64,000 nt of DNA, from positions 75,950,001-76,014,000 of the forward strand of contig NC_043004.1 of the NCBI RefSeq assembly GCF_006345805.1. The letters are read 5' to 3'. The notes under the pieces were generated by a model. It was given only the letters and a program-made list of their open reading frames with translations, searched no databases and was not told where the DNA came from. Below are positions 40,562-53,432 of the stretch, piece after piece. This DNA is from Octopus sinensis (taxonomy: Eukaryota). Position numbers and translations under genes: made by a program. The number at the start of each line of letters is the position of its first letter. Position 1 is the stretch's first letter.

Positions 40562-40667
40562 AAATTAACAGAATGAGATAAAAAATCCAAGGCTGTGAAA
40601 AATTTCAGAATGTAAATGTTCTGAAATCTTTCACAGCCTTGGATTTTTTATCTCGTTCTGTTAATTT
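40562..40667. repeat. Near-perfect hairpin (49-bp arms, 8-nt loop) embedded in (TA)n
   Basis: 40562-40610 is the reverse complement of 40619-40667 with 2 mismatches. Confidence 0.9.
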
Positions 40668-40836
40668 TTTATATATATGCATGCTAATATATGACCTACA
40701 TTGGAGTCCTCATTCGCATAATCACCGAACCTGGAGCTTAACTATAGTCTGTCCATAGCACTTACTAAGCATTACCTGACACCTTTGGGTCTTCTTGGCA
40801 CCATCACCTCTCATAACCTATATATATATATATATA

Positions 40837-41145
40837 CGTGACCGTAACCGTGACCGACCAGGCTATCAGATGTTGCTACACATCGCTGATCACAATGTGC
40901 TTCACATTGTTTTAGCCTACAAATGACGCCAACCCGCTTTCTAAGCGAGCAGGCCAACAGAAGAACGAATGAGAGAAAGTTGTGGCGAAAGAATACAGCA
41001 GGGATCGCCACCACCCCCTGCTGGAGTCTCGTGAAGATTTAGGTGTTTTTGCTCAATAAAAACTCACAACGCCCGGTCTAGGAATCAAAACTGCGATCCT
41101 ACAACCACGAGTCCACTACCCTAACCACTGTGCCATTGCGCCTCC
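40837..41145 (-). mobile_element. tRNA-derived SINE family C
   Basis: Minus strand starts GGAGGCGCAATGGCACAGTGGTTAGGG, homologous to the head of the copy at 39745. Confidence 0.75.
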
Positions 41146-43404
41146 ACACACACACACACACACATATATATGTATGTAGTTACAATGCACTCCAGTAATG
41201 TAACTACACACGTGTTGTTGGTGGTTTTTTTTTTCCTTCTTTGGATATTTCCCTTTCTCTCTTCCAGCCAAGAGCTATGCTCGAAATGTAAAACTCTCTC
41301 TTTCACTGAATGTCAAGCTGATACACCTCTTGGGCACGTCCTCTTGTTGTCCATTAATTTTATTTGTTTATTTGAATTGACTACACACACACACACACAC
41401 AGACACACAGACACACAGACACACACACACACACACACACACAGAGTGCGCTGAATAAGCTGTCATCTAAATTTTGCAAAAATGAAAAATCTATGTATTG
41501 GACCTTCCGACGCAAATGCCAAGCAGTACAGCATGTCGTTTCCAAATTTCTGGCTGAGTGAATTGCGTCATGTTGCTGTTTTTCTCACAGACGGTGCCCA
41601 ACTGACCCTACCATACTATGTAGTCGACAAAATCAAAAACAAACAATGCGCATGCACGAAATGAAAAAAATATAAAATGGCAACAATATACCCATCGTAC
41701 CCCGTATATCCACATACATAACTATCAGTTATGACATTCCTAAGATTCCCCATCTGAGACTCTCTAAATGAATAGATATAAACACTTGGGTGCGTGCATC
41801 GACAGCTCAACCAACACATTAACTCAACCACATATTTACAAACACCGTGAGCTCTCAAAAGTCATTTTGCGAGTGACTGGCTTGAACTCTTTCTAAGAAG
41901 ACTCAAACAATAAACGTACATATCTAGTCTTCCACCTTTTACTTGTGAAAGTTAATAAACTTGCATTCTACTAAAATGCATCGACCAGTTAATTGTTAAA
42001 TTGTTTTTATAACTTGACATAAAAACGAACAGTATAAATGGGCGGGTATGTATGTTTAGCGAATGCATTGCAGCAAAACTCAATCCTGCATTGCAAATCG
42101 GGTGCAGCCGGTTGTAAACTTTTACCTGATTCATAACACGTAGATATGACGCAGAACATGTTAAAGATAAAATATCAAATATATCATCACCATCATCACT
42201 CGATACTCACTTTGCCTTTTATCTTTCTGGGATCGATAAAATAAAGATCTGTTAAACACTAATCGATTTACCCACCACCACTCAAAATTGCCGGCCGCGC
42301 GCTAAAAAATTAAAACAATTACTATCTCAATATTAATGACTTGTGGGCACGTAATGGTTTTTCGTTTGGCAACCATGGTTCCCGAGCCTCATTTTACGTT
42401 TTATCCCAGAGTCCCAATACAATATCTTAATTAATTGTGACACGAGGAACGTAATATTTTTTTGCACTATACCATATGTGAGGCAAGGATCACATAGCTA
42501 GTGTTAGATATCCACGTCCCACCAGGGGGTCGTATGGTACCTTAGTTCAGCGTTTTTCAAACTGTGGGTCCCGACCCTTCAGTGGGTCGCGAGATAAATG
42601 AAATAGGTCGCGACAGAAAAGTTTGTAAAGCGCTGCCCTAGTTCATGTCACATCCTACATATCACACGATCTACCTTTAGTCAATTAAAAAGTTTGGTTA
42701 TTTTCTATTGGAAAATCTCGAAATTTTTTTTCAAAAAGAACTATTTTGGTTTCAATGACAAGTAAAATATTTTTCATTCCCTTCTGTTTCTGGAAAAATC
42801 TACCAAAGTTTTTCAAAAGGAACTAGCAATCTCTGTTTCAATGGCAAATAATTTTTTTTAAATACTTAATCTTTTATTTTACCTCATTACATGGCGAAAT
42901 CAAAAGAAAAACGAAAAAGAATATTAAAATATCTATAGAAAGCATAAATCAAAGCAATCGGAGCATACAAGCTTTCAGAAAACCCATAGGAAAGATATTA
43001 AAAACGAAAAACGACCCGCCGGTGGGGTCGGGCGGGACTCGCTAACATACGACCCACCGGCAGGACCGACGTGTTAAATGTTTTCATGAATCGCCACCAC
43101 GTTCTGTTGCGTTAGCAGGGCTCTTTACACTATTTTGTTATTTTATATTATCATTGTTATATCCTGTTAGGGAAAAAATTAGCTGACAAGAAATTACGCC
43201 TGAATTTTAATTATTAGAAACTGTGTAAAAATATTCTGTTGTGTCTGGGGAGTCATTTTGTTTTTGTGCCTTATGTAAAACTAGATTTTATTTCCTGCTT
43301 CTTTTTTTTCTTTTGAAAAGAGTATTTGGGATCTGATGCAACCTGTTGTGTTAAGGACTATGAAATCTTAATCTGGGTTTGTGTGTGGGTACGTGAGCGA
43401 GCGT

Positions 43405-43519
43405 ACAGATATCTATCTATCTGTCTGTCTGTCTTTATCTGTCTGTTTGCCTGTCTGTCTATCTGTGTCTATCTATCTATCTATCTATTTGTGTCTGTCT
43501 ATCTATCTATCTGTGTCTG

Positions 43520-43558
<39 letters not shown>

Positions 43559-43860
43559 GTCTGTTTGCCTGTCTGTCTATCTATCTATCTGTCTGTCTGT
43601 CTATCTATTTGTCTGTCTGTCTATGCATGTATGGCTGTCTACGTATCTATATCTGTGTGCGTGCATGGAGATACGTGTATATTAATGTTATAATAAATAT
43701 ATATGATTACATGTATGTGAGTGTGCATGTCAGAGTGTGTGAATGTATGTACGTGTGTATAGCAGTTACATGATCGCGCATGTGTGCGTATATGTGTATA
43801 GCTGTACGTGTGTGTATACGTATGTATATATATGTGTGTGTGTGTATACGTGCAAGCCTC
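43405..43860. repeat. Compound (TCTA/TCTG)n and (TG/TA)n microsatellite just upstream of the Prdx6 promoter
   Basis: Simple repeats seen directly. Confidence 0.9.
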
Positions 43861-43914
43861 GGCACATTAACGAGAAGGCGACGACGGGTTCGGGGCGAAA
43901 GAAACCCCAGCAGT

Positions 43915-43972
43915 CTGATTGGCCATCACACAATCTATAAAGCGAACACGTTGTTTTCTTCGCCGTTAGTGA
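43915..43972 (+). promoter_or_regulatory. Putative Pol II core promoter of Prdx6 (reverse CCAAT box, TATA box, Inr-like)
   Basis: CTGATTGGCC at 43915-43924, TATAAAG at 43936-43942 and TTAGT with its A at 43968 (32 nt from the first T of TATA). Locally CpG-rich and about 130 nt upstream of the ATG. Confidence 0.65.
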
Positions 43973-44098
43973 CGGCAATATCTGCACTTATTCGCATAGT
44001 GACAGACAGCAGACTCAGTCGGTTGAATTGTTTCCACTCCATTTAAAAAAAGACACATATATCTTACATACATTTAATTACAAATAGAAAAAGAAACC

Positions 44099-44184
44099 AT
44101 GGTAAATCTCGGTGAAATTTTCCCCAACTTTACTGTTGACACTACCCACGGGTCGATGGTGTTCCACGAATATGTTGGAGATTC
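44099..44184 (+). CDS. PRDX6: Peroxiredoxin-6 (1-Cys Prx), coding exon 1
   Basis: Kozak-like ACCATGG. Encodes MVNLGEIFPNFTVDTTHGSMVFHEYVGD(S), homologous to the Prdx6 N-terminus (LGDxxPNF...FHxxxGDS), and ends at a phase-2 GTAAGT donor. Too short to appear in the ORF track. Confidence 0.93.
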
Positions 44185-46525
44185 GTAAGTTTCTTTTATA
44201 AGCGATATTTTTCTTCTTCTTTAAATGTATTAAATTTGGAATTCTTGTTATAATCATAAACCCTGGGGCTTCTGTAGTAGTCAAAAAACTGTTTTGTCTT
44301 TTAAGAGTGAAGTGTTAAACTAAATGCAGAGGACACCGACTCCCCTTAAGGGTGGTCAGGTATTTGAAAAGATTATTGTCATTTGTGAATAACAAGTTTA
44401 AAATTGTTGGCCCCGATAGATTTACCGATTTTTTCCCCCACTGTTCGATAATATTAGATTTCTTGGTTTTCTTTTAAGTGATGTTGTTGACCGAACACTG
44501 AACAGTAAATGTGCGTCCTTCATTTATTATAAAAACTTATTTCCACAACAATTTCATTTTGCTATATTTCTGTTGCTTTAAGTTCTTATTTTTTTAATTG
44601 CTACGTATTTAGTAAAATAACGAAGTGTTTAGTAAAATGACTTTGTCATTAATTATTTATAGGATAAATTAACATTGAAGTTTGATAGATTTTTATTTAA
44701 TAGAACGAGTTTGCATCGTAGCACCAAGGGCGGTGTTGGACGGGTTAATTGGGTTCCGATATTTCACTTGCAAAACCAAAAAGAAAGCTTAAATCTCCGA
44801 AACTAAAAGGATGACTATTTTCTCCTCTTTTAATTTCCTTTCATTCTATTATTTTATTCTCATCTCAGATAATTTATAATTGATAAATATTACGGGTGCA
44901 TGCCCTCTCCCCATTTCATTTAACGAGGGGGGGGGAACTTTTTTTATGTGAAGTGTTCGACATCGTTGCGAGTGGCAGCCGGTGGTTTCTGGACAAGAAT
45001 GAATGACTTTTCATCTCCTTCTTTGCTAATTTAGTAGTTCTGCTGTTTATACGTCATTTACTTCTAATATTTCTCAGTAATATTCTCAACTTCAGTCACG
45101 GGTTGTGTGAAAATAAGAATTAACGATGTTTCCTTTATGAAATTTACAGAAAATACGTTATGGTTCCTCGTTTTAAGAAAAAAACCCAATTATTTTGTCT
45201 CTTGTGGTTTATTTATGTGTGAAATGTCGAAGTTTTTAAAATTCACTATTTTGTATCTCGCATGCCAACAATGAGTCCTTGTTTGTCTGCTGGACCAGCT
45301 AGAAATAGCAACCAAATCACATCTTTCCGTCCTCTTTGCAGGATGTTACAGTGGCCTACGTGCGTGTGTGTGTGTGAATATAAGGAAGCTGAACTACCGG
45401 TCTTGTCTCAATTTTTTTTTTCTCCCAGTTTATATTAATATAATAATCTATCAATTATATACAATGTTAGGACCAGACAAACAACGCTAGAAGGAATCTC
45501 AACATGGATTTTAATTTGCTAAAAATAGCAGCCAAATCTCAAATTGCATTGTATCATCGGTTAATTTGTTAAACTTCGTTTCTGGGTAATATTGTAAACA
45601 TTAACCGTATTATTTCCAAAAAAGAAAAAGAGGGATATTTAAGTAAACGTAGTCCTAGATACCATTACGTAAGCGATGGTCACCATTGGAATGCTTTTAG
45701 CTCGTAGGTGTTTGCTCTGTCAAAGATTCTTCTGGTGCCGAACAACCACAGACTAAATACGTGTCTCTCTTGAATCCCTATACAGCGATTCTTATTCTGA
45801 CAAATACTAAATTAATACTCTGTATTGTTTCGTAAGGCCTGAAATATTGCGGGAGAGTGTTGGTTGATTACATCTACTCCAGTATTTGATTCGAACTTTA
45901 TTCAATCGGCCATGGAAGGATAAAATACAAAGTTTTAACTTTGGCGGGATTTGAACTCGGAACGTAAAAATATGGAAGAAATGCTTCAGGGCAATTTCGT
46001 TCCACGAGAAGACCGACAAAATAGCTTGCTTTCATATCTTTTTTCCTTTTCCGCCGTGTTTTTTGAATAAAATTTTAAATGTTTAAAACGGTTTTAGTTA
46101 ATGTTCAATTTTAATTTTATGGAATATGGCAATTTGCCCCCTTTTCAGGCCCCTGAATGGAGAAATACTGCTTTAGAGTTGCACAGACACCCAGTATGGA
46201 TAATCACAATAATTAATTCTACTGTAGGCAGAAGGCCTGAAAATTTGGCGGGGAAGTGTATAGGCTGCGTGATAAGAAGCATGCACATGGTTCCAGGTTC
46301 AGTCCCACTGCGGCGTGCCACCTTGGGCAAATGTCTTCTGCTTTAACCTCTGGTCGACCAAAGCCTTGTGGGTGGATTTGGTAGACGTAAACCGAAAAAA
46401 GCCCGTCGTGTATGTCTGTGTTTGTCCCCGCTTCACTATTTGACAACCGTTGATGGTGTGTTTACGTCCCTGTAACTTAGCTGTTCAAGAGACCGATACA
46501 GTAAGTTTTTTTTTTTGGGGGGGGG

Positions 46526-46910
46526 GGCAATCTTTCGTCTCTAGTAGACCTTTCCGTCGATTTCCGTAAAAAATTTTTTTTTTTTTTACATATGGGCTTG
46601 CGGGAACTTTTGAAGTAATGAGAGCGAAAGAGACTAAGAGAAAGCGATTGTATGACGAAGGAAGTTCTTTTGAAGTTACCCTGCATGGGAGCATTGATGG
46701 ACATGTCTGTGTGTGTTTGATGGGGTGTGGGAGACAGACAGTATGTTGTGTAAGTGCTTCTGTTAGTGTGTGTGAAAGAAAGAGATAACTGAAATTTTTT
46801 ACTCGGTGTATGTGTATATGTATGTATATTACTGCAAAAGTCCCGCAAGCCCATATGTAAAAAAAAAAGAATTTTTTTACGGAAAGGTCTACTAGAGACG
46901 AAAGATCGCC
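46526..46910. mobile_element. MITE with about 85-bp TIRs and GG termini (Merlin-like), nested in a family B SINE
   Basis: GGCAATCTTTCGTCTCTAGTAGACCTTTCCGT...CATATGGGCTTGCGGGA is mirrored by TCCCGCAAGCCCATATG...ACGGAAAGGTCTACTAGAGACGAAAGATCGCC. T-runs lie on both flanks, and it interrupts the SINE spanning about 46260-47000. Superfamily is tentative. Confidence 0.8.
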
Positions 46911-47188
46911 TTTTTTTTTAAAATAAGTACTGGGGTTGATTCGTTTGACTAAAATTCTTGAAGACGGTGCCCCAGAATGGCCGCAGTCTAATGACTGCAA
47001 CAAAACACACTATTTCTTCTTAATTATCCTTTTGTCACGTAAGAAAATCAATGAAAATTGTTTTTTTTTAATATATCTAAAGTTTTTGTTCATACATTTA
47101 ACTGGCAACTGAGCTAAATCTCTCATATTTTAAATTAGGTGTTCATTCTTTACTGACAATGATCTCATCTGTTTTGATCGCTAAAATG

Positions 47189-47599
47189 GGATCTTTTCGG
47201 TTTGACCGGCAGTTTTTTCTAGCGGTGTCATATGTAATTGTCACCCATAATTATGACCCTAGTATCGATCTATTGCATTTCAATCTGTTTTAGGGTTGGG
47301 GTGGGGGGAAGGGTATCTTTTTTTTTTTTCTTCAGAAATGTAAGTAAACCCAATCTGTTTCTTAAACGAGGGACATATTCATACGGCACAGAATGTTTTT
47401 TACCTCAGTGTCAGTGATTGGTTGAAATTGCAGAAATTGAAGAAAAAAACAACAAATATCTTACAAACTATAGAATTTTCTCAATAAAGCCAAGAGAAAA
47501 AGATGTTTTATAAACACATTCTACCAGTATACGAAGTTTAAAAGTGTTTAGTTACGTGGAAATTATTTTAAAAAACTGCCGTTCAAACCGAAAAGATCC
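47189..47599. mobile_element. MITE with 30-bp TIRs and an 8-bp TSD (Merlin-like)
   Basis: TIR GGATCTTTTCGGTTTGA(C/A)CGGCAGTTTTTT at both ends, with a perfect CTAAAATG duplication at 47181-47188 and 47600-47607. Confidence 0.9.
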
Positions 47600-48894
47600 C
47601 TAAAATGTATTTTATTGCCACAGTCAATCAACGTAGCCTTTCGTTCCCTCGAGATCGATAAAATAAATTACAAGTGCCAATTAAGTATGGGGATTAATCA
47701 AGTGAACCAACTTTTAACCTGTTTAGATATGAAATAAACATCGGAGATTCTTTGTTCCATGCAGAAACTGCAGGAAGTACTCCGAAGTCTTTTCTGTGCC
47801 CATCACAATGTCAGAAACCCTTCTGTACCATCAGGTATTTCTGGGTCACAAGTGTTTAATCCCTTCACCTCTAATGCTTTGTTGAAGTGGGACAGAGAAT
47901 AAATTAGCCTTCGCTTGTGAAAGGCTTCCATCAGCAGTCTCTCTTCAATTTACAGCCACCTCTCTCTTTTTAGCTGTCTGGATTCCAGACCAATCTTCTG
48001 CTGGAAACTGCATTTTCTACTTGCTAATAAAACCCACAGTTCCTTGCAATTTACTTTCATTATCGAAATAATTTTAACTCATTAAATATAGTAATCTAAG
48101 AACACTTCTCAGTTATATAAATCATCATTTTGACATTGGCTTTTCCCATGTTTGCATGAATTAACATTTAACAAAATCTTTCCAACAAGAGTCAACTTCC
48201 CTGTCTGATTTTTTTTTCTATTTTATTTCTTAATGATCCTTGGTAAAAATGATGGCCATCCAGATATATTTACATAATCCTTCTCATGGAAGGTCTTATA
48301 CGAAATAGCCATGTTGGATTTTGGACAGAGATTAAGAAACATCACATATCAAGTGAAAGGGGTTTTTTTTTTTAAATTACTGAAAAAGTCATTTAAAAAA
48401 ATGAATTGGCTTTATTACTCAATACTTTCAATTTTTTTAATAGTTATAAAATTTTTGTTGTAGAATAAGGTTCAGGCATGGTTAGGTGGTGAGAAGTTTG
48501 TCTCCTAATCACATAGCACTTTGATAAATATCTATCATTGCCTTGTGCTGGCCAAAAGGTTTGGAAGGTTCTGTTGGCAGAAACTGAAAAAGCCCATTGT
48601 GTGTGTTGTATATATAATACAGGTGTTTAATACTGTCTCCTTGCCTTCACGTGACAGTTGTAAGCAAGTATCACTGCCATGCAGGCAATGTTCTTTGTTT
48701 CCAGTTTTCCATGGAAAAACGTCTGACAATGCATAAATATTACCTTATTTGGAAAGTAGTGAGGGTCGGTGAGAAGGGGGGCCTCAACAAATTCCATCTG
48801 GGAAAATGAGTGTCAAGTAACAATTGTAATGATATCTTCCACACTATGGATTTAATGAACATACGTTAGTTCATGGCTGTTTCTTGCACCAGCT

Positions 48895-49365
48895 TCACAT
48901 AACCAGCCCCAAACCCATCCAAAGTACCTTGTATCGCAGGACAGCCTGCTGTGCTTGCCTTGGATTGTAGGGTGACCTGCTGTGCTTGAGACCTATTGAG
49001 TCAAGTACATCAAAATAAAAATCAAACGGAAATTGTAGTTGTGATACCTGTGCTGGTGGCACATAAAAAGCACCATCCAAATGTGGCCAATGCCAGTGCT
49101 GCCTTGGCTGGCTTCCGTGTCGGTGGCATGTAAAAAGCACCAACCGATCATGGCTGTTGCCAGCCTCCCCTGGCACCTGTGCCGGTGGCATGTAAAAAGC
49201 ACCCACTACACTCAATGGTTGGCGTTAGGAATGGCATCCAGCTGTAGAAATACTGCCAGATCAGACTGGTGCCTGGTGCAACCAATCTGGCTCACCAGTC
49301 CCCAGTCGAACTGTCCAACCCATGCCAGCATGGAAAATGGACGTTAAACGATGATAATGGTGATG
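48895..49365 (+). mobile_element. (GAT)n-tailed SINE-like family D, with 3 internal ~60-bp modules
   Basis: GTGGCA(C/T)(A/G)TAAAAAGCACC occurs three times, followed by the GGTTGGCGTTAGGA...CCAACCCATGCCAGCATGGAAAA-(GAT) tail. Confidence 0.85.
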
Positions 49366-50097
49366 TTCTATACTGGTGATGTTTGTTGAAATTAAAACCA
49401 ACACCCAGTTGGGCTTCTGTATAGAACCTCTACATTTCATCTTGCTTATTTGTTTTATTGGCTTTGTCACTCGGTGTGCTTGTTGGTGGTGGGTCTGGTG
49501 GTAGTGATTGGTTGGGGGTCTGTGGTGGTGATTGGTTGGGGGTCTGTGGTGGTGATTGGTTGAGTTGATGAATGAAAATAAGGTTTTTGGGTTGCATGAA
49601 GTAACTGAACAACGTCGGTGAACATTTTAACAGGATTTTATTGACAGCAGTAATTACATCTTGGAAGAGAGCTACTGTTTGGAGTTTACGACAAACCTTA
49701 TTCATATGGCAACATGTGATTGGCCCAACATGACTGGAAACAGTTGTGCTATATTCTTGGTGACAGAGCTTCCTGTTCTCTGTCTTGTCATCTTGGGTCA
49801 TCTGGCTGTAGCAAGACTGGAGAAACTGTGCAGCTGCCTCAACAAAAGCAGCCCTTTTAAGGCACGAGAAAATTCTAGAAGATTGAATCACATGACTTTA
49901 TTCTGATTGGTTGCTGAATTGACCAATCATGTGAAACCACTGTGGTTTGGTCATGATGCATCACTGGTTACCTAGCAGTTCAGTTTCAAATCAACACTAC
50001 AATTTGTTCGTTCTTTTGCCAGAAAGTGTCAGTGTCGTAAATCTGGTACAAAAGAACAAAGTCCAGTTACATGCAAGCAGTGAAGCTTTCTTTTTAG

Positions 50098-50500
50098 AGC
50101 AAAGTCAATACCATTGTCAGTATTGGAGTCAGCAGGTCTTGACAGTAGGGATGGTAAGCACCTTGATGGAATTACCCTTTTCCCATACAAGGGAGGCAGA
50201 TCCCTAACCTGAGAGATGAAGTGTGGTGACAAGTTCTCTGCATCAACCACAAACCCAAGTCTCGTTGACCGTAATGCAGAGGAGAGAAAAATAAATGAAT
50301 TCAGGAGCCTGACCATGCACTATCAGCTTGTGCCGGTCATAGCTGAAACCTCAGGTGTTCTTGGACCCTGCACTGCCAATTTTCCTCTGCAAAATTAGGA
50401 TAATTTTGACTTGGCTGAGAAATAAGCCGTGTGAGTGGGGTGGCTGCTGCAGCAAGTGCCGCTGGCCATTCTTCATGGCAACACCATTGCAATCATGTTT
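50098..50500 (+). mobile_element. CRE-like non-LTR retrotransposon relic (restriction-like endonuclease C-terminus)
   Basis: SVLESAGLDSRDGKHLDGITLFPYKGGRSLT*EMKCGDKFSAS...AEERKINEFRSLTMHYQLVPVIAETSGVLGP...WLLQQVPLAILHGNTIAIM is a decayed LEPxGLxRxDGKRPDGxTLxP...WD...AExxK...FVPxAxETxGxxG...SxAxxRGN. Confidence 0.82.
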
Positions 50501-51026
50501 GCAAGGCATGGCTAAACATGCCATTTGGTCTGGGATCTACTCCCCACCTTCATCTGTTGCTCAGTTCCCCCCCCCTTTTTTTTTTCTTTTTTTTTTCGTT
50601 TCCTTGGTGAGGTAGTTATGGGTTTTCTTTTTCTCAATAATTTGGTCTTTTATACTTTTAACTTTTTCTTGTCAGAATATGTTATTTGATAAAAAAATGC
50701 AATTTAAAAAAACAAAAAAAAACAATTGATAACCTAAAAACGTTGATGACATGTACTATTATAGCCACTCCTTTGAATTCACCAGTCTACGAATAAAACC
50801 AGTTTAAAAAAAAGAAACAACAAAAGCTCAACTTTGTGCTTATTGTAAAGATATAATTAATCTAAATAGTTTTAGTATTTGAACAAAAAAATGTATGAGT
50901 TTATTATTTCCAATTTTTCATATCATTTTTATCCTCTTTGTGCTTTCCACCTCCTTTGTTCCAGTTTCGTTGCAATGGTTCATTGTTTCTGAATTCTTTG
51001 TTCATTCCATCTCGTGATATGGCAAC

Positions 51027-51259
51027 ACGGCGGCGAGCTGGCAGAATCGTTAGCACACCAGGCGAAATGCGTAGGCGTATTTCGTCTGCCGTTACGTTCT
51101 GAGTTCAAATTCCGCCGAGGTCGAATTTGCCTTTCATCCTTTCGGGGTCGATAAATTAAGTACCAGTTACGCACTGGGGTCGATATAATCGACTTAATCC
51201 CTTTGTCTGTCCTTGTTTGTCCTCTCTCTGTTTAGCCCCTTGTGGGTAGTAAAGAAATA
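51027..51259 (+). mobile_element. Full-length tRNA-derived SINE family A with an 11-bp TSD
   Basis: Head GAGCTGGCAGAATCG, B box GAGTTCAAATTC, Meta-like core. GATATGGCAAC is duplicated at 51016-51026 and 51260-51270. Confidence 0.9.
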
Positions 51260-51300
51260 GATATGGCAACTTTACTTTTGGTGTTGTGATAACGGGCTTT

Positions 51301-51868
51301 CATGCTGGTGGCAAGCAATAAGCACCATTCATGCGAGGATCGTTGTCGGTGCTACCTGACCGGCTCCCTGTGCTTGGTGGCACGTAAAATGCACCATGCA
51401 AACGTGGTTGGTGTCAGCCCCCCCTCCAACTGGCTTCTGTGCCGGTTGCATGTAAAAAGCACCATCCGAACGATGCCAATGCCACCTAACTGGCTCTCAT
51501 GCTGGTGGCAAGCAATAAGCACCATTCATGCATGGGTTGTTGTCAGTGCTGCCTGATTGGCTTCTCATACGAGTGGCACGTGCTAGCAACCCCCCCCCCC
51601 AACTGGCTTCTGTGCCAGTAGCATGTAAAAAGCACCATCCGAACGTGGCCGATGCCAGTGCCACCTGATTGGCTCCCGTGCCGGTGGCACATAAAAGGCA
51701 CCCATTACACTCACGGAGTGGTTGGCGTTAGGAAGGGTATCCAGCTGTCGAAACATTGCCAGATCAGATTGGAGCTCGGTGAAGCCTCCTGGCTTGCCAG
51801 TCCCCAGTCAGAAAACCGCCCAACCCATGCCAGCATGGAAAACGGACGTTGAACAATGATGATGATGA
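51301..51868 (+). mobile_element. (GAT)n-tailed SINE-like family D with about 6-7 diverged internal modules
   Basis: TGGCA.GTAAAAAGCACCAT-like modules recur at about 60-bp spacing, followed by the family D 3' end and (GAT)n. Confidence 0.85.
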
Positions 51869-52045
51869 CACTTGAAATAACTGGATTATGTCGAATTCAA
51901 TGGAAATGTTTAATGGCCGAGAGCACCACCGAAGAGCATAGTAAGAGGAATAGCAAACCAGTGTAATTGCATGGAGAAGCAATTACCTTTTGTTTCAGCC
52001 ATTGGACTGTGGTCATGCTGGAGCACTGCCTTGCCGGGTTTAGTT

Positions 52046-52396
52046 GAGTGGTTCTCAGTCAGACTCCATATGACCCTTGAGGGTCTATATATGATTTTTT
52101 GGGGTCCACATAACAAAATAGTAAATCAGGGATCCACAACAGTATATAAAGGGTCCCTGAAAATATTTTGCTTTAGATATATGCATTGCTATGTATTGCA
52201 AGAAACAGCTGGGTTTCTTTCTCTAACATTTTACATGGTTCAAGCTACAAAAGTTCATGTGTGAAAAACAAAATTGGAATTTTGAAAGAAATCTCTTTAA
52301 AACTAGTTTTTTAAACATTGAATGGCTATGCAGGTCCACCAGAATAAAATAGTAATCAAAAGGGTCCATATGTAAAAAAATGGTCGAGAACCCCTG
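52046..52396. mobile_element. hAT-type MITE nested in a family B SINE
   Basis: Termini GAGTGGTTCTC...GAGAACCCCTG; 8-bp TSD GTTTAGTT/GATTAGTT. Confidence 0.75.
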
Positions 52397-52543
52397 GATT
52401 AGTTGAAGAAATAGACCCCCCCCCCACTCCCAGTACTTATTTTCAAGTCTGGTACTTATTCTGTTGGTCTCTTTTGCTGAACTGCTGAGTTATGGGGATG
52501 TAAATAAACCAACACCAGTTGTCAAGTGGCAAACACACACACA

Positions 52544-52618
<75 letters not shown>

Positions 52619-53149
52619 ACACTTCGCCACAGTTTCCATCTACCAAATTGACTTTACAAGACATTGGTCAATCTGGTGCTATAGTAAAAGACTCTTGAGG
52701 TACTGTACAGTGGGACTGAACCCAAAACTACAAGGTTGCAAAGTGAGCTTTACCACATAGTCATTGCCCATGTTTGCACAACCATGCCCATTTCTATGTG
52801 GCCATAGCTGTGTCTACACAGCCATGCCTATCCACAGACAACTGGAAGGTCTAACGTTAGTTTTCCTTTGGTACATCAACATCAACTGGGTTTTGAAACC
52901 AGGATGCAGACTGAAGCACTGTAAATTTTTGCCATCCAAGCTGATTAAATATTTCTTTTTAGACAGGTAAAGTTCAAAGTTTATAATTTGTCCTTTAAAA
53001 AACCAAAAACAATAGAAAGCTATTATCTAAAGTACAATATAACCTACACTCTCACCACTTTTGAATGACATTCTTCTTCTGTGACTTGTCCTTTCTCTCA
53101 ACCTAAATTAAATTTTATCACTGGTTGCGTGCTTGATCATAATCATATA

Positions 53150-53310
53150 GGCACAGGAGTGGCTGGGTAGGTACAAAGCTTGCTTCCCAACCACATGGTT
53201 CTGGGTTCAGTCCCACCTGTGTGGCACTTGGGGCAAGTGTCTTGTATTATAACCTTGGATCGACCAAATCTTTGTGAGTGGATTTGGTGGAAGGAAACTG
53301 AATAAAGCCC

Positions 53311-53396
<86 letters not shown>

Positions 53397-53401
53397 ATAT
53401 T

Positions 53402-53432
<31 letters not shown>

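Noticed and set aside
41440-42170. Possible divergent gene or exon upstream of Prdx6
   Set aside because: Non-repetitive-looking, but I recognise no protein motif or consistent splice pair in any frame.
44009-44017. Antioxidant response element (TGAGTCTGC on the minus strand) near the Prdx6 start
   Set aside because: A 9-bp degenerate match is expected by chance, and it lies in the presumed 5' UTR with no supporting evidence.
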